Assembly: GCA_965649765.1 (NCBI GenBank)
Contig: OZ287761.1
Span: 15,748,001-15,812,000, forward strand
Reading direction: 5' to 3'
From: Bispira polyomma
Lineage: Eukaryota
DNA length: 64,000 bases
Shown piece after piece: positions 13,252-26,027 of this stretch. The notes under the pieces were generated by a model. That model saw only the letters and a list, made by a program, of their open reading frames with translations, was not told where the DNA came from and did no database searches. Both the position numbers and the translations under genes were made by a program. Each line of letters opens with the position of its first letter. The first letter of the stretch is position 1.

Positions 13252-14006
13252 CTGGGGTCATATTCTACCAGTTCCGCTCTCGGAAGCGTCCAGGGGCGAA
13301 AACGACGAAAATTCAAAGAAGTTGGGGGTGGGCATTTACGAGAATGTGTCGTTACGTTAACTCGTTTTTCGCTTCGATCCGTATAAAATGACAAAAAGTA
13401 CATCAAAATAACCTATTTTATCTGTTTATTTATAATAACAAACAAATCCATACAATTTCTTGCAGAAAAACAGCCCCATTTTGTTGTTTTTATCTTCAAC
13501 TGTGTACCGGAAATTACAGGTGCTCCCAGGTGAAAAAACGTCACCATTGTAAGTGTACACAGGAAGCGCAAATGATGGCTGTTTATAAGACCAAGTTATC
13601 TTAAACTGGTGTGTTTTATAAAGTTTTGCATATAAAAACATCGATTTTTGATAGTTTCTTTATGGTATTTGTTGTTATATGATACGTTTTTTGCAAAATT
13701 AATTGGCCGTTTTCTGTAATATATGAAAAGTTGGGGATGGGCGTTTATATGAACATGGGCGAGATGGAGAGCGGAACCGGTATAAAGAAATCAAGCTCAT
13801 ATTCAAATTAAATAAACTCTGTCTGGAAGTCGTTGTACATGGAATAAACATGTACTTGTAACCATTCATTTTGATAGAGCTTCCAGTGCTAAATTCAAAT
13901 ATGCAGTCAGATTTTACCTCAGCTATGTCTAGCCAAACGTATGTGGACTTTAAATTTAAGCTTGAATCAAAGTTGAGTTTCAGGTGTTTTGAGAATATGG
14001 ACACAG
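13252..14006. mobile_element. MITE family D interrupted by a TA-flanked element
   Basis: Left terminus CTGGGGTCATATTCTA. The body resumes after 13782. Confidence 0.65.
13266..13782. mobile_element. Non-autonomous Tc1/mariner-like element
   Basis: TA-CCAGTTCCGCTCTC ... GAGAGCGGAACCGG-TA. Confidence 0.8.
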
Positions 14007-14971
14007 TCTATGACCTTTCAAGTAGAAATACCAGACCGTTTTAATTCTGTACTCATGTCCGAGGTTGGTGATTCACTGAGTCCTCTTCTTTCCAAGGATA
14101 CATCTTAGTACCCAGGACTAAAGACTAAAGGTCAAGTACCTTTGAAGTATAAATAACAAAAATAAGTAGGTGTGTATATGTTTTTGTTGCCTTAAGAGAT
14201 GATGCCGCATACAGGGTTTGTACAATACAGCCTTGCTATTACTACTGTATATGTACAGGTTTTTGTTTTCTGATGAAATTTTTGTCTCTGTTCCACATGG
14301 TGTCCAGGGACTGTTTGAATTTCAAATAATGGAATGTTTTCTTGTAGCTTGAGATACGAGAGAAATTGACTCACAGAAGTGATTGATTTCTTTGTCTATC
14401 TAAGACTTAGATTTTATCCATAAACTCTTAATCTAGGAAATGTAAGAACCTCAAATTAATACTAGTTTTAAACTGTTTGTTTTACCTATGCCAAAGACAA
14501 GTGATTGGTATTTCAATACATTTTGTATATTACAAATTTATACTGATAACTTGGAGTTCTTCTTACAATCCGTGTATCTGGTAAAAAATGATTTCATTCT
14601 GTATTGAAGGTTACCTGCTTAGACATGTATATGTGATGTGAAGTTTAATGAATTAACTTCTTGGCCTGCGTAAATGTATGAATAGAAGGTTGAAAATAAA
14701 ACTTTCTAGACATGTTCTAAATATTCTAGACATGACCCTCATTTAGTTTCAGTCACCGCTTTCTGTAAACATACTTCTTGAAGGCCGCAAGAGGAACTTG
14801 ATATTAAGAACGTGACCCTGATTTTGTTTAAATTACCCTTTTCTACAACATACATGTAGTTCTTCAGATTTGTGACTGTTTTGAGCTATGGCTTGGCATT
14901 TGCTAGGTATATTTTAAGGTTTAGCGCATCTTTAGTAATCAATTTAATGTTCCAAAGTAGGTATTTGCATA

Positions 14972-15143
14972 TACCCTAAATTCTCTCTGAATAGCCCATG
15001 GGCTTTTAACTTGAATATAAGGAAATTTAAGGCATGGGCTCTAAAGAGAATATGATTTTTACATTCAAAAATTCAACAATATTTAAGAAAACTAGGGGGT
15101 GGCTATTATGAGAGTATGGGCTTTTCAGAGGGAGTTTAGAGTA
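14972..15143. mobile_element. MITE, same family as 399-571 (inverted)
   Basis: TACCCTAAA...TTTAGAGTA termini, with the internal sequence matching in reverse. Confidence 0.8.
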
Positions 15144-15302
15144 CTCTGTTAAGCCTAGAAAACCACAAAATTCTGGTCTATGTTATGTTATAATTTTACT
15201 TATATAAAATTGTTAGGCACTGTAAAAGTGGACAAGGAAATCCATCTAAATGAGAAGCTTACTTACTTTAATGTAATCGGTGATACATATTTCTTTTTAC
15301 TG

Positions 15303-15530
15303 AGGGGGCTGCGGTGGCCTAATGGTTTACAAGTGTCTGCTTTAAAATCACTGGCCTCTTACCTATGGGGATCTAATCCCACAGATTCTTCTTCATGTGA
15401 GAAAGTTTGTCAGGCACTTGCCGTATGTCTGTGGTTTTCAGTGATTCAGCACTGGTTTCCTGCACCACTAAACCTGGCCATCGCTCTATGACCAAAGCTG
15501 TTAAACGCGACATAAACCCAAATAAATTTT
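15303..15530 (+). mobile_element. tRNA-derived SINE family B (Meta-like central domain)
   Basis: Head GCGGTGGCCTAATGG, core ATGTGAGAAAGTTTGTCAGGCACTTGCCG..GGTTTCC, and a tail shared with the other B copies. Confidence 0.8.
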
Positions 15531-15539
15531 AAAAAAATT

Positions 15540-15660
15540 AACACCCATTAGCAGCCAGCTACCCATTGATTCACCTGGTTGGAGAGGGATAACTTTGTTT
15601 AAAGTACCTTGTCCAAAGGCACAATCTTCTGGCCTGCAGCCAGGATCAAAGCTGGAACCT
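15540..15660 (-). mobile_element. CORE-type SINE fragment
   Basis: Matches 50565-50660. Confidence 0.65.
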
Positions 15661-16409
15661 TTATAAAATATCCCCCTTTATAATTTTATACGTTTATCAA
15701 TCAGTGATTAAAACACATAAAAAGTAGCTTCATAAACTTGCATTTTCATGTGCATACATACATACATACATTGCAAAGAGGACTAAATATAATCATGAGA
15801 ATAGAATAAATACTTTGCTTGTTATGTCACCCTATTTATGCCACTCCCCATGTAGATAGCTTTATCTAGTATTACATTCAGAGCCAGCTGCTGTATTTCC
15901 ATTGGACATTTTCATAATTGGGGATTTGTTTTCCATGGTTCTGACTTAAGCATTTTATGTAAATATGTCGCTGTTTGTTCGTGCCACAGTTGTTTTCCCC
16001 AAACAATCCAGTCTGAAAAGGGTAACAATTTAAGTAAACGCCCCCAAAATAAGCTTTTATAAGCCAAATATATGTAATTCAACACAAAACCATTTAGTTG
16101 TTTTATATTATTAATATATATATATAAATAACAATTATGTTGTAAATCATTTTAAAGCTAAATCTGCCAAGTTTTTGTGGTCTATTATTTGTAAATCTAT
16201 CAGACCTTTTTGTATTTAAACCGAGTTTAAGTTGTAGATTTTTTAGTTGGAATGCATTCCAAAAATATATATGCCAGCTATTATTAGCACTTAGACGTTT
16301 ATTTTAGGTATCCAAGGTAACGGGATATAACAACATCACAGAGACTGTCAGCTTATGGGTGTCATTTGTGTTATTGCCACAATCATAACATCCATGTTTA
16401 TTGTCTGTT

Positions 16410-16870
16410 CTAACATCCATTAGAGAATGTTTATACCCCACTGTAAAATATTGTCTCATGCTCAATCCATATGTTAAGCTGAATCTAAAATAGTCAGATT
16501 CTGTTGGTGTTAAATCCGTTGGCAGATTTTATCCATGTAAACCAATCTCAATGGCCTGTAAATCTGTCCATATCATGCTGAGTAAGTGCTTTTAGTATTT
16601 GGCCCAGAAATCTATCTAAAAATTTGAAAAAAAAAAATTTTACATGGCCTGTATAATTAAATCCTGAGTATTATAACATCCATTAGACAAAGTTTATACT
16701 CCACTTTAAAATATTGTCTAATGCCCAATAAATATATGAAGTTGAATCCAAAATAGTCAGATTCTGTTGGTGTTAAATCTGTTCATGTATTTTATTCATT
16801 TAAACTAATCTAACTGGGCCGTAAATCTGTCTATAATGCTGTATAAATGGTTTTGTGATTTGTCCCAGAA
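16410..16870. repeat. ~262-bp tandem duplication
   Basis: TAACATCCATTAGA..AAAATAGTCAGATTCTGTTGGTGTTAAATC occurs at about 16411 and 16674. Confidence 0.8.
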
Positions 16871-16981
16871 AAAAAATAGAATAAAATCTGAATTTGATCC
16901 TGATTCATTTCAGTGTGAATGCTTATAAATATAAATAACTTTAAGTTTTGTTTCAGTATGAATGTTTATGATATATCGTGT

Positions 16982-17216
16982 CCCCCATGGCCTAGAGGTT
17001 AGGGTGTTTGTCTGGTGAGCACAAGGATCCTATCCCCAGTATCAGGCTAAAGATCCTTGGGGATGTTGATAAATGGTCATCCTCAAGCCTCTCTCTCTCT
17101 TCAGTTATGGGGAATGACAGTAACTGATGCAGTTGACTGTTAACAGTCTAAAAAGGGTGAATTAGCTCCCTGAATACCAGATGAGGGTAGATATATGCGC
17201 TGAATATGAATTTGAG
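16982..17216 (+). mobile_element. Internally deleted relative of the composite SINE with a different tail
   Basis: Head plus TAAAGATCCTTGGGGATGTTGATAAATGGTCATCCTCAAGC (as at 43118). The 3' part matches 39450-39556. Confidence 0.7.
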
Positions 17217-17913
17217 TACATAAACATACATCACTTCATAATAATGGATCTGTATATTCGGATACGGCTGAATTTGAATCGGCCATAACAACTATCCCAA
17301 GCACCACAGTCTCTGGCTCAGTCTACACATTGTGTGGTCCACACCAGATACTGACATCATTCTGCTGATTTCTTTACTAGCATTATCTTATTTACTTAAC
17401 ATTAGTTGATTTGTTTTTGTTAGGCATGATCACTGTTTATTTGTAGTCCTTGCCATTAATAATGTCTGTGATTCCTGTTGTTTTGATAAAGTAAAGGTTT
17501 TATAAGATACATAACACTATGAGAATCAATATGTATAAATGTAGTCAAGAACTAACCAGATACTAGGAACGGTTTTCACGAAAGGGATCAAATCAAGATC
17601 ACATGAGGTTGATATTTACTAAACATTGGATTAAATTAGATTAACTTTCATCCAGTCAAGTTGGTGGATTAAATTTGGATCAGAACAGATCAATATGGCT
17701 GACCAAGATGTTTGAGGGAAGAAGAATGCTTGTTGCACCTTAGCAGGGGCATAGCTACCATTAACGCCAGTACGCCCAGGCGTACCAATTTTTAACAAAA
17801 TTTAAAAAAAAATTTGGAAAAAAAAAAAATAATTTAAATTTTTTTTTTTATTCTGTTTGTTTTATTAGCAACAAAGATTCTTGTTAAATAAACTGCCATT
17901 TCCTTAAGTGAAG

Positions 17914-18005
17914 AGACAGGCTTGAGGATGACCATTTATGAAAGTCCTAAGCTTCTTTAAGCTGCCACTGGGGATATGATGTAGATTTAAGTGGTCATCC
18001 GATCC
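17914..18005 (-). mobile_element. Deu-like SINE fragment
   Basis: Reverse match to 43060-43160. Confidence 0.6.
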
Positions 18006-18444
18006 ACTTTATATCTGAGATAAGATAGCAATATCTATAAGGAACTTTGAGTGCAAAACATGTAATATAGTAACCAAGTCAGTATAAGAACTCTTTGTCT
18101 GAAATTGGTCTGGCAAGTCTTTAATGATTGCTTGCTGCAAATCCCTGTACTACATGCTGACAGATTTTGTAGATTGGGCCATCAATTTCCTTATGTAAGG
18201 CATAGTTTGGCAGATGAATGAGATCATGGTAAAGGTCTGGATCTGTCAATACTTTTAACAAATATAGGGGGGAAATGTGAAGGAACCCCCTCCCCCCTCA
18301 TTTCAAGGAACAAGCCATATATTACTTGTATTTTGTAAGAAAGCTTATAAAGTACTGCTATAAGGGACAAATGTGAAGAAAAGCCCCCTTCCAAGGAGCA
18401 AGCCTTGTATTTAGTAGGAAAAGTATTTTCAGCATACATGTATA

Positions 18445-18633
18445 TATAATAGAACCTCTATTATCCAACCCTCTATTGTTTAAATATTCGATTTTACAAA
18501 CTCAGTTTCACTGTCCCAAACTTTTTTTTGCTATTGTTTTATACTAAAATGCAACTTCTATGTTACAGACCTTCTATTATCCAAACAAATTCTCACTCTC
18601 CCAAGATGTCCATAAAATAGAGGTTGGGCTGTA
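18445..18633. mobile_element. MITE, same family as 56766-56947
   Basis: TAGAACCTCTATTATCC...ATAGAGGTTGGGCTGTA. Confidence 0.75.
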
Positions 18634-18776
18634 TCTCCAAGGATGTTGTATTGAAATGAACAACATTTAAAAAAAAATCGATAATATGTATTAACGAGTT
18701 GATTCAGTTAACAAAGACAAGAAATGGATATATGGTAAAAGATGAAATGTGTTGGGATATAAAACCACGAGTACTG

Positions 18777-19265
18777 TAGCTTAGTTTGTGGGGTCTCACT
18801 GATGATACCAGGATTAGGTCTGGACATTTGATCTTCTCATATCATTGATACCTTAATTGTACCCCTCAGGTTTTACGGCTTTGGTTGACATTTCTATCTT
18901 CATGGAAATTTATTCCATATAGTCTTGAGAAGTTAACTGGAATTAACTTTTACTGCTGGCTATTTTTCACTGGGAATAAATTAGCACTCTCCTAACTAAT
19001 GAGATAAAACCATGCATACCATAGCTTAGTTTGGTGGTCTCACTGATTATCGATTACATGAGTTGGTCTGGAAATTTTACCTTTTCATATAATTTATACC
19101 TTAATTCTACCACTTCAGTTTTACAGCTTTGGTTGACATTATTATCTTCATAGAAATTATAAATTCCATATAGTCTTAGCTAAAAATTGTTTTCACTAAT
19201 TTGCAATTTTTCAGAAGTTCCCTGCAATTTGTGATATGTTCCCTGCAATTACTTTTACTGCTGGC
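18777..19265. repeat. ~245-bp tandem duplication
   Basis: TAGCTTAGTTTG..GGTCTCACTGAT occurs at 18777 and 19022. Confidence 0.8.
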
Positions 19266-19405
19266 TTGTTTTGGTTAAAATATCTATACATGTTCGAAGT
19301 TGTACCGTTAATTAATTTGGACTGTCCAAAATAATTAGATCAAATAGCTCAACTAAATTGCTGGTAAAAATTTTCACGTAATAATATAGCGTATCTTTAA
19401 AAACT

Positions 19406-19722
19406 AAGCCTAAGCTTCTTTTTAGCTGATCCAGATGTCGGCCGATTTATTCAAAACCGAGCCGAGCCGACATCAGCCGATGTTAGGCTTCCTTTCATCC
19501 AATATGTACTATGAGAAATGTTGTGAGAATTATTTTTTTTCTTAATTTTTGTTCAAAAATCGGACAGACCTCCCAATTTTTTTCGCTCCCTGACCGAAAA
19601 ATTATGTTGGGGCAACAGACATCTGCCGACATCTGATCTGATCTGCAGGAACTATGTTGAAAAGAAGCAGTTGGTAATATTAAATAATGACCGATAAACA
19701 TGCTGAAAAGGAAGCCCAGTCT
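19406..19722. mobile_element. MITE, same family as 3361-3692
   Basis: Reverse-complement match, including GATGTCGGCCGATTT and TCAGGGAGCGAAAAAAATTGGG. Confidence 0.75.
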
Positions 19723-20001
19723 AACATGCCAAGCAAAGATGTGGTAGAGTCAATATGGTAAGTCAAATATCCCACAAACTAATTGGTTATTGCCAAAAAT
19801 ACCAGTGCATATCTTCCAGTAGAATATAAATTAATGACCGTCTCCACGGTATTTACCACAATTTGGGCATTGGTCGGCTGTGCAAATTTGCTGTGTTTTG
19901 GTATTATCAATGGAATAATAACTGGCCATCAACATCAAATATGAATGACCATGGACAAATCATATGACCATCAATCGTAGTAGAATGCAGAAACTTTTTC
20001 T

Positions 20002-20248
20002 TCAGGGCTCGTATTCTTGAAGGTATACTCAGCTCAAACCCGCACTCAACTTAAATCTGGATTCTCTATAACTCTGGATACAGCAAAGATATCTAAAATC
20101 TGACTTCACATTTAAATTCAGTGTTGAAAGGTCTATTAAAATAAATGGTCACAAGTATAGGTTATTTCATGTACAAGGATTTCCAGATGGCCCCTATTTT
20201 AGTCGAGTCTGAGTTTAAGCATGAGTTTATTTCGAAAATACCAACCCT
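20002..20248. mobile_element. MITE family D
   Basis: CAGGGCTCGTATTC...AATACCAACCCTG. Confidence 0.85.
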
Positions 20249-21070
20249 GAAAGACATTATTTTAAGTTTAAGAATGGCATACTTGTACAATATATATAAA
20301 TATATTGCTTAACTACACATCACATAGGTAAGTTCAAGTAGCATAATAAACTTGCATTTTCATGTGCAAAACCATTAAAAAAATATTGTTGCAGTATCTT
20401 TAGCATCTTAACATACATACATTGCACAGATGACTAAAAATTATCATGAGAATCCAATAAATAGAGTAAGGAATCTAAAATTCGCCACTGTATCTGAAAT
20501 TAGCCACCCCTAAAATTTAAGCCAAGTCAATAAAAACTGGCAAAAAATAATTGGAATTTAGGTGTAAGTAAGTCAACAAAAAATCTTAAATAGTCCCAAG
20601 TATTAACCACAATTCTACCAAAAAAACACGATATTTTCTGGGTGGCGATTTCCAGTATGAGTATCCATCACGTCTTGGTGGTCCAGACTTGCAACATTAA
20701 ATAGTCACATTAGTTATCTTTAGTGCGGGTATAACCCCAGGAGTAGTTCTTTATTGGAGAAAAGTCTTCCCCCATTTTCGCTCCTCAAGTGACTTTACTG
20801 CAGTTAATAGATGCCTAAAATGGACTCGAGGGAAGGAAGGAGTTTCAATAAATTACTGGATTCTCCGTGTGTTGGTGTATATCAATATTGAATATCATTT
20901 TGAAGGGAAGGTTTTGCAAGAAAGTTGTTATCGTTTTCTGTGTGTTATGTCAATAATGAGTATGATTTTAAAGGGAAGTTTTTGCAAGAAAGTTGCCATC
21001 ATCAAATATCATTTGACTTAAATCACAATATAACATGTGATATGTATTAGCTTCCATTTTAAAAAGAATA

Positions 21071-21306
21071 TTGAATTTGAATTTAGTTGGATTTTACCTT
21101 GCTATCAACAGCTTAGGTCATATGATGATGGCCAGATTTAATGGTGGAAGAAACCAGTGCTGCTGAAGCACTGTAAACCACCAACCTACGGCAAGTACCT
21201 GAATAAACTTTCCCACATGAGCGAATGAACAGAATTCAATCCCACCTTGGCTAGAGGCCAGTGATTGTGAAGCAGCCACTTCTAACCAGTAGGCCACTGC
21301 GGTCCC
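21071..21306 (-). mobile_element. SINE family B
   Basis: Full head, core and tail. TSD-like TTAAAA(A)GAATA on both sides. Confidence 0.85.
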
Positions 21307-21829
21307 TTAAAAGAATAGAACACATTGTCCAGCCTATTTCTAGTGATCAATATGGCACAAGGTCACCTGGTCACCTTAAGTTTGCTCTTGGACGCAGTCA
21401 AAATTGCAGCTATTCGATGTGTGTAGAAAGTATATTCTATTATAAAAGGGAGAGCCTGCTACAGTGAAGGCATGAGAGACATATTTACCTGATGGCCTAA
21501 AACCAGCATATGTGGATGTTTCCACACAGGCAATTTTCTGAGGTGATCAGCCGACGGCAAATTTATCGGTTTCATTGATTCATCAAGTATCTGTTTCTAT
21601 ATGAGCAAAGCCGATGTGCGGTGGGCAGTACAAGGCAAATTTTTTGCTCCTGGTAGTGGAAAAAATCGCCTAGCGTTGTATGTTGATGTGTAAACATTAT
21701 GTTACAGCTTATTAATATTGGTCAGCTACGCACATTTCTTTCCAAAATCGCCTGTAAAATTGCTTGCAAGAAAAGATAAAAATTGTCATCCAACATCAGC
21801 TGAATGCCGTCGCCCATTGACGACATGAA

Positions 21830-22093
21830 TTTGAATGTGAATTTGAATTTGGATATTTAACGTCCACTCTAGTACCTTTTAGTAGGTTATATTGGGACGG
21901 GTAGTTGGAAACACTGGAGGAAACACTGCATACATTCGGTCAAGGTTCTGCACTGAAACCCGTGGCCCACAGTAAGGAACTACCACCTTTCCCACATAGG
22001 CATCGACGGGATTTGAACTGACGACGCCCAGAGTTGAGAGACCAGTGATTGTGAAGCGGAATGCTTGCTAAACACTAGGCCACCGTGGCCCCT
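21830..22093 (-). mobile_element. tRNA-derived SINE family A, full length
   Basis: A and B boxes present. 15-bp TSD CATTGACGACATGAA at 21815-21829 and 22094-22108. Inserted in the end of a MITE. Confidence 0.92.
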
Positions 22094-23134
22094 CATTGAC
22101 GACATGAAAATGTAGACATGTTTACCACTAAATTGAACTAATTGTGATGGGCAGACTGGCTGACCACAATTAATTGCTTTAGATGTAAGAACTTTGATTT
22201 TAGAATGGTATTTGTGTATCAAAACAGTCTAGTGTGTAATTGAAAGTACTTAATAATAAAGGAGAAGTATAAACATGGCAGGACTCATCATTGCTTACTC
22301 CTCTACTCATCGTTTCTTATTCCCCTACACATAGGCACTGTGTGCCTGACTGTGCTCAAATGATGTCATTTGTTGATAGGCAACACCATTGTTCTTGTCC
22401 ATTGTGACATCCCAATGTATTGCATTATTTGTGATGTCATATATATATATGTGATGTCACAGTATTGGTTTTTTGACATCACAGCTTGTTGCATCTGTAT
22501 GACACTGACAAGTAGGTAAAAATATGTGTCAAGGTTACAGTGTCAAACAAAAACTGATCAGCTGTGTCTATTCCCGTTCCAACAAACACAAAGTCTGTAC
22601 TTGTTTGATGATTGCCGCCAATATTTAGCCAAAAGAAAGAAAGAAAAAAATTACCAGCTACTAGAAAGAGAAAAAAAAATCCCCCTGATATAGAGATCTA
22701 CTTGTCACTACAGCACACAGGAGGTTCTAATTAAAAGCATATGCTACAACAAGGGCATATGTTAGCCTATAGAGGATCATGTGGCTTTATGGCTTTATGG
22801 ACCTTAGAAAAAACTCTGCTGAGGCTTTCAGCGATGTTTGCTGGCAACAGATAAGCAATCTTGGCAGATGGCTTTTAAAGACGATCAAACATAAAGCCTC
22901 ACTGTCAGTAAGTTACTAAGTACAGTTTACTGAGTTAATCACTGCTGACAAATGTCAGCTTTTATGATGGAGTAGCTGTCTGTCTGTGTAAGGTCAGCTT
23001 TGAAATGAAATTGGTACCTTTTTCTCCTGCATGACGAATATATATCATTGATTCAGATTGAAATTAGATAGGGTTTATAACTTGTATTCTCTAATTCTTG
23101 ATTAAAAGAACAATTTGGTATAATTTCTATCTCT

Positions 23135-23720
23135 CTATATATACAAGCTACTTACTTTTAAATACTTGTTGGTGTTTTTGGTAAATTTTCTTACAATTGA
23201 TCGTATCTTTATTGTGCCAAATAACTGTTTCTTGGCAAAAAAATCAACCCATCTATAACCCTTCTGCACCCCACTTAAGCATCTTTGTACTAATTCTAAA
23301 ATGTTCTCTTGCATTATACAATTTGTTTGCGAGATCTTGGTAGAGTTAATAGGTGCATTTGTAAAGAGGCATTCAGTCCAGAACTTTTCTGTAAACCACA
23401 TCTTAATTATTCTTTGTATTCAAAGTAAACAGGATGTCTGAATTAGCTCTTCCTCCTTTATCAAACTACTGATATCATGTATGTATTTGAACTAAACCTA
23501 GCATACCTGTAACATGTATGTTCTTTAATGCTCCTGATAAAATGAAGCAGCCATAACACTAAATGTTTGATATAAGCACCAACATAACGGCAGAAAATCA
23601 GAGGAACACATATTGATGCTTGTGCAAATTGTTCAAATAATTTTACAATTTTAAAGTGTAGTCTAATCCTTTGACTACTGTATAGTTGAATATAATAGTG
23701 TTTCAAATAACTTGAAGACA
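23135..23720 (-). pseudogene. Possible ancient L1/Tx1-type ORF2 remnant
   Basis: Broken frames give LLHFIRS, YQ*FDKGG and IWHNKDT in the order expected for the post-RT region. The similarity is weak and judged by eye only. Confidence 0.3.
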
Positions 23721-23741
23721 AACGTGTGTCTTTTTCTCTGG

Positions 23742-23960
23742 ATTTAAATTTAGTTGAGTTTTATGCCATTTCAACTGCTTAGGTCAAATCACGATGGCCA
23801 GATTCAATGGTAGAAGAAATCAGTGCTGAAGCACTGTAAACTACTAACCTATGGCAATTACCTGACAAACTTTCACCCATGAAAAGGAATAAACCCACAT
23901 TTGTAAGAGGCCAGTGATTGCCAAGCAAGCAATTCTAACCACTAGGATACTGTGGCCTCA
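23742..23960 (-). mobile_element. SINE family B
   Basis: Aligns with 21071-21306 over its whole length. Confidence 0.8.
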
Positions 23961-24035
23961 TTATCAATGCAAAACAAACATATCAGTAATAGTATAAGCA
24001 GAAATATCAATTCTGAGATTTTGGTACATTCATAA

Positions 24036-24200
24036 GGGGCCTTGGTGGTGTAGTGGTAACAGGCGTGTATGTGGAAAAGTTGGCAGTAGACTTGCTGAAG
24101 CCCAGTGATTTGCAGAGCAGAAAACCTTGACTATACTGCCCATTATGAATATGGTCGCAGGAAATGTTGAAAACATCGTTCAACCTAAAACTTGATGCAT
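24036..24200 (+). mobile_element. Degenerate Meta-like SINE
   Basis: A-box TGGTGTAGTGG. Core ATGTGGAAAAGTTGGCAGTAGACTTGC is shared with 30477-30700. Confidence 0.6.
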
Positions 24201-25183
24201 GAATAATGTTGATTTTAACTTAAAAGTGAACTATATCCAGGATAGGCGGCTTGACTGTGATTGTTCCCTTGATTGTTGCCTTCACTTTACTGTTGTAAGT
24301 CCAGACAGAATACAGTATACACACAAAAATAAAGCCACATCTATATAACTTGCTAACATGAAATTTTATTTTGCTATTGATAAATTCTGCACTCAAACTT
24401 TTGTATTTTACTGTACAAGTTGCTCAAAGTGATCTTATTTAGGTGACACCATTAAATTTAGTGACGTCATCTTACAGAATGCTCCTTGCGAGGTCTCCTA
24501 CCATTTTAAGCAAAGCTGTTTCAGTAAGAGCACTGAATATAGCAATCAAACACCTATATCTGCACACTGCCTGCAGACATGCAATATTCTTGTTTATAAC
24601 AACACTTTGTATAGAAAGCCAGTGACAACTCTGATAGCCAGAGAACACATGACTCTAACACTGGCTCTAATAGATACAGTAACCCATTCTTCTCATGCCA
24701 AAAAAATAGAAGAACAGGCAAGAACATTTTAGGATAAATAAATTATGTCGGACTAGAAATTTTGCTTCACTTAATAAGAGAAATCACTTTAACATACAGT
24801 AGTTAGTTAAAGGTGAATTTGCCTTATTTATACAGTCCTACAAAGGTATTTTCTTTTAAAATCTACCCTGTTAAGTGGAAATACTGCTTCAGTAGATGTA
24901 TTTCTCCTGGTCCATTGAGGTTCTACCTAAAGGGATTCAACTGTAGTTCCACTAAAATGGGTTTAACTTGTATCTATAAATTCAATCCACATGTTAGGTT
25001 TTAAAAGAGAAGGCGTTTGTGGGACTACACATTCTGCTCCACAAAAAGGGAATAATTTGACATAACAGAGTTCTACTAAAAGGGATTTGACTGTATCTAT
25101 CAATTAAAACACATTCCTATGGAGAATTAACACTCTGTTAATACTTAGATGGACATGGAACAGACAAGAATTGGAATATAAGT

Positions 25184-25414
25184 ATAGTAAGGAATCTAAA
25201 ATTCACCACTCTATCTGAAATTGGCCACCTAGAAAATGTTGTGTTTTTGGTAGAATTATGGATAATACTTGTTAAAATTTAGCATTTTGTGACTATTTTA
25301 TCTCCTACTTCCCTAAATTTTAGTTGTTTTTTGGCCCAGTTTTTATTGATTTGGCTTAAATTTTAGGGGTGGCGAATTCTAGATACGGTGACAAATTTTT
25401 GATTCCTTGCTCTA
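25184..25414. mobile_element. MITE family C
   Basis: Both TIRs present. Confidence 0.85.
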
Positions 25415-26027
25415 GTACTGTAAATGTTCTCGGGGTAAAAAAAGACAGTTATAATAAGGAACAGAGGAGAATCCATTGAGAGTGACTGGTATTCTTGATT
25501 CATAAATTCTATTTGTATTGAACATTTCTATCACTTTCCCCAACTACTGAATATGAGTCTTTGTCTATTTCCAACAGAGAACTAAACTACTGTATATTGA
25601 AGGGCTGCCTTGACCCAATTTTGGGAGAAAAGTCCCCTCAAATAACGATGGTTTCCAGAATAAAGACAGATTTACACAATGCCAAGAAGTCAATAGTCTT
25701 ATGTATACTCTGGCAATTTTAGACAGACTTTTTTGTTCCAATGAATTTTCAAATACAATGTTTTACTGTAAAAACAGTTGTTCTTATATTGTAGTTGTTC
25801 TTATATTGTATAGTTATGTTTCTTTTAATGTAGTAAAAGTAAAAGGTAGTTAATGCTTTAAGAATAAACAAATACACTAATCTGGAAATAATATTAAAAA
25901 TGTATACATGTATATACAAATCCAGAATAGAGAGAGATGGACTGTTAAATTTAAAAAAGTCAAGAATAATATATTAAAAAGTAGTCTTAACTGGTTGGAG
26001 TGAAGTTATGTTGTACTAATAATGACA

